From: Acanthaster planci
Taxonomy: Eukaryota
Length of the DNA stretch: 64,000 nt
Assembly (NCBI RefSeq): GCF_001949145.1
Contig: NW_019091358.1
Coordinates: forward strand, 1,746,240-1,810,239
Direction: 5' to 3'
Part shown: positions 29,901 to 41,900 of the stretch, piece after piece
How positions within the stretch are numbered: position 1 is the first letter of the stretch
Layout of the letters: each line of letters starts with the position of its first letter
The notes under the pieces: generated by a model
Database searches by the model: none
The model's input: only the letters and a program-made list of their open reading frames with translations
What the model was told of the DNA's origin: nothing
Program-made: the position numbers and the translations under genes

Positions 29901-32900
29901 AGCAGCGTATTTGTTGTGTTCTTTAGTGATGCCAGTGTATTCAATTTACATAACAATAGCCTTTCTTTCTTATGAGTATACCGTTACTCGTAGTGGCTGA
30001 ATTTAGTACAACTGTGACTACGAGTACACTCGTAGTCGGCAGTCAACGTGTCAATAAATCCAGCCTTTAGGGACTGTTTCACTTCCCTTCCTTCTAATAG
30101 CGTGGAAAAAGCCTCATCCCCTTAAAAGGCCATAAAAGGTTACATATAGAGGATTTAAAGCTTTTGTCTTGCCAAAAATATTTTGGCTCCTCCCCTGAAA
30201 ATGTGGCTCTGGATCAACATGTGTATATTGGTTCTTGCCTACGGAATACCTAAGAGGCATATAGGCACTGACATCCGTACATTTCACAGAAGTGATTCCA
30301 TACCCCATCAGTACCTTAGATTGCTCAAAACCAACAGCGGCTCAAGGGGATAATTAATAGCTTAATTTTGTTGCAGAGTTCCTTGAAAGCCAATAACTTA
30401 ATTGTTCGAAGCATACATGTACATACTGGCACATATACATGTGCCCTTTATGCATATGCCATAGTGTGATCAATGTATACGTTTCTTCAGCAACCAAGAT
30501 CTTGGATTTGAGGGCAAGGCAGACATTATTTAAAACAGAAAAAACTGAAAGAAACGAAAAGAAAAGAAATAAAAAGGAATCAAAATTACCAAGTCGCTTA
30601 AAATATCCTCAGAATCAACCCCTTTCACAATTAATGGTTTATCAGTTCACGACTGATGAGTGCTTTAATTGCCCTCCTGCAAATCTCCCCCCTTGAAAAA
30701 AGTGGTTTGTCCCCCTCCCCCTCAGGAAAAAATCCTTAAATTGCCCATGACTAAGATGTTTATTACACCGAAACAGGCCATCAAAATATCAATCATTATT
30801 AGTGGGTACATGTACCTGCATACTTGCAGGCTGTCATTGTTTGGTCATCATTCAAGCCTAATGTTTATTGCCCATAGGGTCTGTTCTTTTTCACAGTCGT
30901 GTTTTTCCTGCAAGTGGCTGCTAAAAATATAGTCAGCAATTATTACAAAAGTAAAAGAGAAATTTGGAAAGGACTAAAATCTTACACAGCTATCAGAATG
31001 CCAGATAATACACACACACTACTAAATACTATATGAGAATACAACTCTATTTGAAATAATGGGGCAAATGCCTAGTTTGAATGAATTTTAGGTAAAATCA
31101 AATACCAAGCAAAGGTGATATTTCTGAAATTTTTGGCCGCCCATAAAAGTTGTAGGCAAACTTAGAGTCGTCTATTACACTACAGCAAAGGACATGCTAG
31201 TAATGGATCCATTACCCCCAGTTCAATTAGAAACGCTGGATGCCAATTTCATCAACCTGTCAATTCTAACCAGTTGCTGTGCATGGATAATTTAGAGCTG
31301 ACTGAATAAAACCCACAGGAGGCATGTACCACACGGAAAGCTGCTGGACTGCAACTGTTAGTGCCAGATGATTCTGGGAAAGGAGACTTGTAATTATGGA
31401 AAGCAGTGTTTGAATGTTGACACTTTTGGTCTGATCTTCCAAAGCTCATGCATGTTAACAGTTCCATTTAAACCTCTACTAGCATGAACAAGCCTTCTTC
31501 AGTGACATAAAACACTAATTTACACTGCCAAAGTCATATCGGGAAAATGGTAAAAACCAAACATGTCTGATATCTGAGTTGCACAGGACCACCATTCAAG
31601 AAGCCTTGGTCGCCTCAATTTGAAAAAAAAAAACCCAGAAAATCAAAACCAATATAAAACACTTAAGAATGAACACATCTTGGCAAGCCTGGGCTGATGG
31701 AAATAATTCTGCCTTTGACGGAGCTTTCTTCTTTGCCACTGATACAGTCACTGGTGTGATGGCCACCTTGGGGAATCTCTTCACTTTCTTGGTGATACGA
31801 GTAACGTCGGATACTGATGTGCCGGATGGGACGAGGGTGTTTATGCTGACACTGACATTCACTGATCTCTTAATTGGCATAACCTTCGTGATTAGTCTTA
31901 TTATCCGAGCTACTGAGGTGAATGAAGCTGGTATTTTCATCTGCAAGGGGAACGCTGTTGTCCAGTTGGCATTGTTTATAATGTCCATTTCTGTGTTGGT
32001 GATCATCGGAGTTGACCGTTGTCTTGCAGTTACTCGACCACTACGGTACCTCACTTTGATTACGAAGAGACGTGCCACTGTGACTACAATAATCGTGTCC
32101 AGCCTAATAATGGCATTCACACTGATTGTCATCAGCCTGCACAAAGTAACGTACGAGCCCTACATCATGGGCTGCTACCCAAGCATTACCACCTACTGCA
32201 TGGCGTCAGCCTTCCTCCACTCATTCACCATTCTTCTACCGAATGCTGTGCTGGTGGGCATCTACACAAAGTTGATGAAGGTAAGTCACCACCAGGCAAT
32301 GCGAATCCGCCAACAACCAGTCCCAGCTCACAACAGGGAGGGCAGGAATGACCAACCGCCTCACCTTCCTGGGGTGAGATCATTTGCAGAATGGAAGGCT
32401 CTTCGGATGCTTCTGCTTGTCAACCTTGCCTTTCTTATTACCTGGCTCCCAAGATTCATTGCCGATCTGTACACATGCTACTTTAATTTTGACAACACTG
32501 CTATATTCTTGCAAGCATTGTCTTACGTAACCACAAGCAGTAGCAGCTGGGTCAATCCGATAATATACATACTCACGAGTAAGATGTTCCGTAAAAATGC
32601 CTTAAAATGGCTGAAATTGCACCAAAACTAATAAACTAATGAATCATACAACTTGGCAATTTGCTCACTGCAGGGGCTAATTCACAGGTAGGCTTAAGTG
32701 ACAAAAATGTTTTCTGAATGTGTAACAGAGCTTTCAGTACTTCTGGAGCAACTATGGAAGCCACCTTCATTTTTACATCCAGTACTCTGTCTAAAGTGAC
32801 ACTGTTTTAGCTCTGGTGTTCATGTACATGTAGGCCTACACAACCAGAAGGGGGGTATGGAGGTGCAAATGATATACCTGCAGCTATTAGGTTTCAAGAT

Positions 32901-35900
32901 TTAAAAAAATCACTCGTTTGCAGTTTCTCTGATCTACTTTGTTTTCTGAATTTACACACTTCCCTATAAAGTTTGCCAGACTAAGAGAAAATTTTAATTT
33001 GTGTCATAACTGGCATCTGCATGACTCATTCCATGCCTTAAGCACACTACTAAAAAGATTTTTTTGGCAGACTGCCAACACCTATGAAGTCAGATGGCTC
33101 AGCTTTTCGCATCCATGTACAATATACATGTATATGTACATGTACGCGCATGTTTACGTATACAAAAGTGGAAATATTTTTATATCATTTAAACAAACAT
33201 TTTGTTCATAGAGATGAATTTTTTAGCACTAAAAAATGAAAGTGTGTCTTAATCACATTAGAGCTCCTGCACGTACATGTAAAAAGGCGATGAACACCAC
33301 CTTATATTTTACACCAGTGTTGTACTGGAGTCCATTATACATGTAAGTCCATGCAGGTCTTTCACAGTCATTCATTATAAACCAAATCACGATCTATTCA
33401 CATGAACTGCAACAAAAACTGCTTTGTCATTTTTCAACTTGTCTTGTTAGGGGACTTCTGATTGGACTAGTGAAGGGTCTTGTGAAAGGACTTGTGACGA
33501 ACTTGACATAAACACTGATTTATACACATTTGGAAATGCTCTGTAACTGCTGAAAGAAAGTTTTTGCTCCATTCCATTACAAACTTTACAAGTTTTGTTT
33601 TGTGGGTTAACCATTTCAGTGAAATTTGTACATGTAATCTGTATCATGTGTACATGTGGCTGGGTCTTAATTGTAAATAATTTGAAAGCACTGGAGTTCG
33701 TTTTAAGACAGTCACAATTGTAATCTGGAATTATTTTGTAACAGCTTGTTATATAGATGATTTGTAAATACAGGTGTAATTAATGTACATGTACTGTATG
33801 TTTCGTGCAAATCAGATATATATACATAAAAAGTCAAAATCTGCATTTATTCTGTAAGTGTGCTTTATAAAAGCTTGAAAATAAAGAAGTTGAAAATAAA
33901 GAAGTCACAATTTTAACTTGTGAGCACTTGTACTTGGTAAGTGTTGTAATCATTCATTGAAAAACAGTTGTAATTAATGTACATGTATGTTTCATGCAAA
34001 TCAGATACATGTACATAAAAAGTCAAAATCTGCATTTATTCTGTAAGTGTACTTTATAAAAGCTTGCAAATAATATTGTATGTACAGGTAAACACTGCAA
34101 TTCATTTTTGTGTAGAAACTTTGTTAACAGTGAGGTTATTTGTTCCATAGTGATTTTTTCATATGTCAATGTTGTTATGTTGTAATCATTCATTGAAAAG
34201 CGAAGTATTTAAAACAGCACTGAGATGAAAGAAAATCAAATTGCTGTTCAATAAAAATTTCCCTAGTCATAAGAAAATTATTAGCTTTTTATACATGTAT
34301 ATATATCAAGCAGTTTAACAGCTTGAATATTATAGAGGGATACATGGTACGTACGTGCGTCAGTCTTTTCCAAACAGTGTAAATGACAGTTGTTTCATTA
34401 CATACAATGTACAGTACATGTAGCTAAGTTATTGAACGCATGTTGATTGCACTGCCTGAGCCACATGACATGCACCTCGCCCATTACAGAGGCCGTAGTG
34501 TATGATTTCACTTTTAACGTTTGACCAAAGTCTTAGAGTTTACAGGTTAATCAAGTACAGAAGAGGGATTCTGGGAACAAATCCCCAGACCTTTTGGAGA
34601 AAAGTGTGGAGGTAGAAGATGACATTTTCTTGTGCAGCATAAATAAACTAACCATAGCAAAATGTTATTTCAATGGTGGCACCACTCTCATGCTTGAGTT
34701 CTCAGACTTGATTATGTATGCATTTGGGTAATATACATGTAGTCTAATCAGAATGTTACTCGCACATACATGTATTTGTCAGATGTCAACAAGCATGGTG
34801 ACATCGTAGTAATGGATTCTAATTAGGGCTACTTCATTGGTGCAATTCATAAATTTTGCCTCAATATTTGGAAGCACAAAAGCCAAAGCATTATATTTTG
34901 ACATGAATTCCAATTGAACAGTCGTAAAAACACCTAAAAACATGGGAAAAAAATGTTATGTCTTCTTTGCGGTATCAAGAAGTCTTTTTAAAAACTCAAT
35001 AATGCGATGGCACATATATATCTTGTATGTATAATTATAAGTACATGTTTATGGGAACGAGAGGTCACAAACTTATGGTTGAGATAACTGATACATGTCC
35101 ATCATGCAAACATGTACTCAATTTCCAGCCACAGGCTTGGAGGGGTGAAAGAGAAATGCACAAACCAAAAAAACCCAACTGCTGAATTGATCACGTTTGC
35201 ATTTTTTATATCAGCTTCATAGGGGAATACTGAGTGAAAAGATTTACCCCAAAGTATCACTCCTAACTGTACATGTACCCTTTGCACACAAAATGTTTGG
35301 TAATGTGGTCATTCAGAATAGTAATTTCCAGTGTAAATGAACCCATTCCTGGCTACGGCCTGCTCAAATGTGGGGCATCCTGCCTCACAAATGCGTCAGA
35401 ATGGGGTTTTCTGGCAAATAATTTCCAATTACACGCAACTTTGTGCAATGTTCAATTCATTTGTTCAATGCATGTTCTTTCATTCCACATTTCGCCTTTA
35501 ACAGGAAGTTCTAGCTGGAAATCCAATCACAAAGTGAAATCAAGTTTGCCTTGAGACATCACTTCAGAATTGCATGCAACATGCAGTAGTTACATGTACA
35601 CTGGTTCCCACAGCTACATTTGCACTACAACAGATGAGCTGGGTTGGCCCATTCTACTGCACTGGCCCCACCATGGTTCACATTCAAAGTTAGCAATATG
35701 TTCAAACTCAGAAAAGCACTGTTCAAAACGATCGAAACTGGCAAACTTTTTAATAAAGATTCGTGCGAGTTAAGTCATTGTGTATATATTTTCTGTTAAG
35801 ATGATTTTTGTAAAAGATAAAATCCTTGCATTTGTGCCAAATATCACTTGACCCCTGTCAGATTAGAGTAGCCACCAGATAGTCATTCGTGTGGGTGTAA

Positions 35901-38900
35901 AAGTCCAGTAAATGAAGTTATGAATTTTTGAAGAATTTTTAAAATGGAAAATCTTGAAAACCCCCCAGGTATATGTCATGCAACTTAAAATTATGCCTGG
36001 CAGCATATGGTTAATGAACAAGATTTATCTTACCTCTCAAGTCATTATCATCGATCCTATTCCTTTTATTCAAGCAAATTTTTGATGTTCAATAAAAGTG
36101 TACAAAGAATTTGGGAATGTTTGTATCCTCGGTTATGCAGAATAGCAGAGTTCGGTATAGTGGCACTGTATGGTACACGTAAGCCTGCTACAGTCAAATA
36201 AGAGATACACGTAAAAATACCTCATGTTATTGTTGTACACATCACACACAGTTGTAAAATCAGAAGCCATCTCTCCAAGTAGTGATGAGGGTTCAGAGAA
36301 CTCTATAGGCAGTGCAACAACTTGATCCTAGAGTTGAAAATAAATGCAAGGGGAAAGATGGACTTCAGGTGAAGATGAACTGAATCTATCAATAGGGGTT
36401 ATACATTGCTGGTGTCTCCATGGTGTCTCAGAGGCTGTTTTTGTTTAATCTAATTAGTTATAATGAATGTACAACTGGTTTACTCGAGCACGTCCCATTG
36501 ATACAAAACTGCTACTCTCTGAGGGCACATGAACACATAACTTCTACAAAGTCTGGCTGCCAAACTAGCTCCTTGAGGGTTGCAAGTGGGCATTTACTCT
36601 TGCATGGTCTGTGTCTCATACGCCTAAACACTCAGGATGCAACCCATGCAATTTCCTCCATTTTTGGCATGTGTTGTTTCATTGTTTTTAGTTTGCTTTT
36701 TGGGGCATACAGTCAGCTTCCATGACCCATCTGTATGAAGCTGGAGGCAGAAAATAATAGTTTTTCAGCATTTCTTTATTAAAAACATTTTATGGTACAA
36801 GTTGTTCAATAATAACAATTTGACTTCGAGCTTAAGTACAAAAATAAGTAATGTTTGTGGAATGTTGAAATTTAACACGTTCAGTTAAAAATATGTTTAC
36901 AAATGCAAAGGGAAAAATTTATGAAACTTACAAAAAGTACTCTTGCCCCACCCTGGAGGTTCACGGTGATAGTGATGTCCCACTCCCCGGCACCCAGCGT
37001 GAACCTTGACCCTTGGCTGACATCCACGTTCTGTGCCACACCATCAAGGCACCAGCTAGGGCAGAGGGGGAGGCTGACGGTGCCCCTCTGTTTGGCTCCA
37101 TCCGTCGCCCCTCTCTTGGAAATGGTCAGGTCCACCTGCGTAGTACCTTGGTTGGCCACCCGCAGGAGAATCTCAAAGGTTCCTCTCAACTGGGAGGGGG
37201 GCACAGTCAGCGTTGTTGTGGTGGACATCTGGAGAACATGTTCAGAGATCAGTTTAAATTTTCTTGGTCGTCAATGAAGTATGCTCTTATGGGTCTATAT
37301 CTGCTGAATCCTTTTGGAGTACAGCCACTCAGCTGGTATATTATTCACCAAATTTTAATTCATTTCTGTCTTTTGCTGGCGGTGAGCTTGACAACCAATT
37401 TAGCATGATTGCTAAATAATTTTACACCACTGTTTTTCGAGTTGTTGTTTACACAGTAAATGAAAGGAGATGGTGGGTATACCCACAATCCCTGATGTGT
37501 GCCTTTCCAATCTTACTGAAAGTTCAGGCCATGATACAGCCCTTTAACTATTTCTGATTACATTTCCCCATGTAATTGCACATAAAGCAGAGCATACATC
37601 TTCAGTGTAAGCTTATTTCAACACTAAGATGTCACATCTGAGGAATTTCGTCTCAGATGATGGTGCACAGTTCTGGACTAACCATTATGCCCTACTTTGA
37701 CTAGTGACGTACATGTAATTGGGGTGACATTTCTTGAGGGCATCCGGGGTTTCCAACATTTTTATGGGGTCTCAAAAGCCTATGAACTGTGGCTTGTATG
37801 AAGATTGTGTACACTTCAAGATTTCAAATAGATGAGAAGAACATGGAGTTCTACTAGGGCCCCCAAGTGTCTCCACCCTAATGACCGATATAGTACTTCT
37901 GAACTACTACAACCAACAAACTATGACCAAACCAGCAAAACAGGTGTCTTTACCTGGCCTGTGAGGGTGACGTAGCCATACCAGCTGAAGCCAGGATATG
38001 TTACACTGTCTCTCTCCCAATAAGTGTGGTCGATGCTTTCAAACTCGGCACTGATCGAGTGCAGGGTAGGGTAGTAGGAAAATGCTGTCAAACTGAAAAA
38101 TTTATTCAAACACAACTGAATGAATGAAGAATCATAAAGTTGTAAGGGTGCAACTCTAGAGTGTACTAGTCTGTGAGGCAAGGACGAGATGGTTGCCTAG
38201 GCCGGTTGGCTTATCGATGAAACTTTGCCCAAGTGCCTTGGAATGTGCGGGCTGAGTGCACCTACAGCACAACCCCTTCAAGAAATTTTTTTTGTTTATA
38301 AATTAGGGGATAAAATTTTTTAAAGAATTTGACATTAGTCATTGTTTCACACCATTTTTTTGTATTTAGATTGGGCAAAGGACTTACATGTAGTCATTGA
38401 ATTAGAACAAGTTGATGTACATGTAATTTCACAATATACCAGTTGGTTGGTTGTTTGAAGTGACCGTGTTCAAAATGTTAACTTTCACAGTACAGATACA
38501 TGTATTAAGACATGACCACTTTGTTGAGAAATTGCACTGGAATCATGGAAGCAGCAACAGAATTACTGTGGTATGCTGGGCAGGGGGGCAAGCGGTTCCT
38601 CCCAACTGTACAGTTTAAGTAAAATCACCGCAAAATAAATGACTTTACAAATCATTAGGAGACTTAGCATTTTCAACTTATCCATACTTGGACTGTCAGG
38701 ACCATCTCTTTAGTGTGCTGACCTCGAATATATTATGTTAATGGCAACTTTGACCGATGGCAAATATTGGCCACAGAAAATTATGTGTAGGCAAGAAGAG
38801 CCTGGTAAAATACTTAACAGTGTTGATTACATTTGTCAAATAAGCATTCATCAGTATGAAAAAACCTTGTACCATTCAATGAATTACTGTCTGTGCTCAT

Positions 38901-41900
38901 GAGAAAACCTCAAGGACTGGAATGGCTGTTTGATGCCAGCTGGATTATTATGCAGGAAACTTGTCTGACCATTTTACTGAAAAACACTTGATTTAGTTCA
39001 GAGTAACATGCCTAGTCTACAACCTGTTCAATGTAAAATGGAAGAATTAAGAAGCACCCGGAATCTAACCTGTTGCACTGTCTGCCTTCAATGTTGCTCC
39101 GGCAAGCACAGACCCCAGACACCTTGTCACAGGTTGCACTGAGGGCCCCTCCGGCATCACAAGAGCATGCAGAGCACCCCTCTGGATTGTCAGCAGCCAA
39201 GCCGTAGTAGCCATCCATGCATTGGTTACAGCGGCGGCCGATGGTGAAGTTCTTGCAGGGGCACTGGCCCGTGGCGTCCTTGCTGCATATGTTAGACGCA
39301 GACACCGTCCCCGCAGTGAAGCAATTACAGCCTGGGCAGACAGGAAAAGATTTTTTTAGAAAACATTCTTCTGTTTTAGAACGAGAAATACAAGAACAAT
39401 GTAATCAGTTATCATACAAATACTTGAGTACTAAAGAAAGTACCAAAATGACATGACTAATGCGAATTAAAGGCATGACATGACACATATATTGGCTTGG
39501 TAACATTTCCCCTTCTTTAATTACCAATGCTAATACAAAGTTTCAAATGAATATATTTGAACATATTTCGTTTGCTATGAGCTCAAAAACTGAAAAGGGA
39601 ATTTTGGTAATTAAATCTTCTTAATTTGTCTGGATGGCTGTTAAAACTGCAGCTGACTAGAACAATGTCAATTTGTCGATTGAAGTATTTGTTAATGAAG
39701 TTTGACATAATGCTTCTATATGCTCTTTACCCCATGTTTATAAACAGCACTTACATTGATACAGCTGCGAGGGTGAGGGGAAAAGAAAAAACTCGCATTT
39801 GGAAAAATAATTATTTCTATGTATTTCTTTTCCTTTCAGGCTTTAAAAGGAAAGGAAATCAAGTTTGATGTCAGACAATCACTGCACTTACTCAGACAAC
39901 CATTGGAGTTGGCATCTGTGAGATCATAGAATCCATCTTTGCACTCTTCACACTTGGATCCCTGTACATTGACTTTACAGTAGCAATCTCCTGGCAGCTA
40001 GTGATAAAATAGATGAAATCGACAGAGGCAGAATACTGTACATGAAATGACTTTTTTGATGAAAGAATGGCAAACTTCTGGTATCATAGGAGAATGAAAG
40101 GGTGAATTGTATTTTTCCTAGAAATCCCTACAGGATCTGGTAAAAATTCTCATTAAGGTGTTTTTAAGTTGCGACAGCAGCTACTTTTCATTTTTTTCAC
40201 CACAGCATACTTGGCACATGGATCAAATGATCTCTTTTGCTGATACATACTTTTGTGTCTGAGGCAAAGAACGTTTCATGCACTTAGTAGGCTTTAAAAC
40301 TATACTTAATATGGCTAGATGTGATACATGTATCAAAAACAAAAGAGAAAATCAAATTACATTGCAAGTTCAAAACAAAACAGGAAAACTGATAAATAGA
40401 GGGAAAAATTGGACAGGGATGAATAACTACATAGCTTTATTTTGCACTCAGCTTAAAAAGAAAGCATACCATCCCACTAGGGCTAGGGCTGCCACTGTTC
40501 ATGACACACTCTCCCTTCACCAGGCCAGTGCTAGGGTCCTCCCTAGTACCTGGGATGTTACAGCTGCAAGGCTGGCAGGCATCTTCATCTGTCTGGAGCT
40601 TGCCAGACGGACGATAGTAGAAACGTTGGCACTGCTGACAGTTAATGCCTTGAATGAAGGTTTAAAAAAAGACAGAAGTAAAAGCAATCTAATTTGTCAT
40701 CTTTCAATAACTGATGGCGAGTTCACACAACATAGAAAAGCAACAAGTGAAGGAGATTGCAGTGTAACTGTGCTATTAAACATCTCATGGATGATCTGCT
40801 TCACACTTTCAACTGACATGAAGCACGAATAGTTATGAGGATTCCTAACACCATCCTCTACAAAGTGCACAAAAAATTAAATGATATTCAGCACCATGTT
40901 TGTTTGTGAAAGTTTGCCTTGCCAAAATGGAAAACAAATGTGTGTGCAACTTAAGCAGATTGGTTGAAAGTTTGAAACTCCCATCAGGAACATTGTTCAT
41001 GGGCGTTTCACCACTTGCTGACGGGGTTGCCAGTAGCGGACACGTAATCTTTATAAGGAACCGGGCCTTGTAGCAAAAGACTGTACTCATAACAGAAGAC
41101 AAGGCTGCTGGGCATTACCAACATTTTTTCACTCTCAATGGTGGAGATAATCCAGCCTTGTTTTGATACAGTATACCATGGTTTTGGGGATTTAGCGCAA
41201 GCAGATTACTACTGAGGACAAAGCACTCCACCGCTGCAGCGATGAGCAAAACAGTACTGCTGCACGCTAATCTGACCCCTATTGAAAAGAGGTCAGCAGC
41301 GCACTGCGCCATGTTTGTGAACAAAAGAAAATTACATAATACCGCACAATCTGGGCTCTTTTTACAAGGCAGCAGGCCTGGCTGAAATACTCCAGCATCA
41401 ACACCAATAGATGTTGTCTGTCAGATAAGAGTAGAAACCTTTCGTGTAGGTGTATGTGTCCAGTAAATGAAGATATGAATTTTTAAAGAATTCTGAAAAC
41501 AGAAAAAAAGGAAAACTTATCCTGTTCCAGCATTATCAACATTCACAAATGCCCCTGGCGTGAAGTGGTTAATATTCCAACCTCAAATGTTAAACTTGTG
41601 CTTCAGATGTACATGTACATGTAGATGTAAGGTCTTTTTTTTAACCAAGGGGTTTGGTTATGATTATAAGCTTAATGTGGTACAGAAAGGAAACCAAAGA
41701 TGACATATTACAACAGATAACTACTACTGTCTGCCCCCAGCTGAAATGCACCATCAATCAGCGAAAGAAAGACAGGTGGTTACAAGTGGGTTCTTGCACA
41801 TATTCTATGTGTACACAAAGACCATACGTGCCGCAATAAATTAGGCGTACTCAGTGTGCTCTACGTCAAATGCGCATAAACATGTACTTGCGGGCCTCAA

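Noticed and set aside
31596..32144. 182-aa minus-strand ORF (and 25708-25992)
   Set aside because: Antisense shadows of the GPCR ORFs. They are not needed for the laminin reading frame and are not laminin-like.
40278..40832. 184-aa plus-strand ORF
   Set aside because: It overlaps laminin exon 7 in antisense and has no protein-family features.
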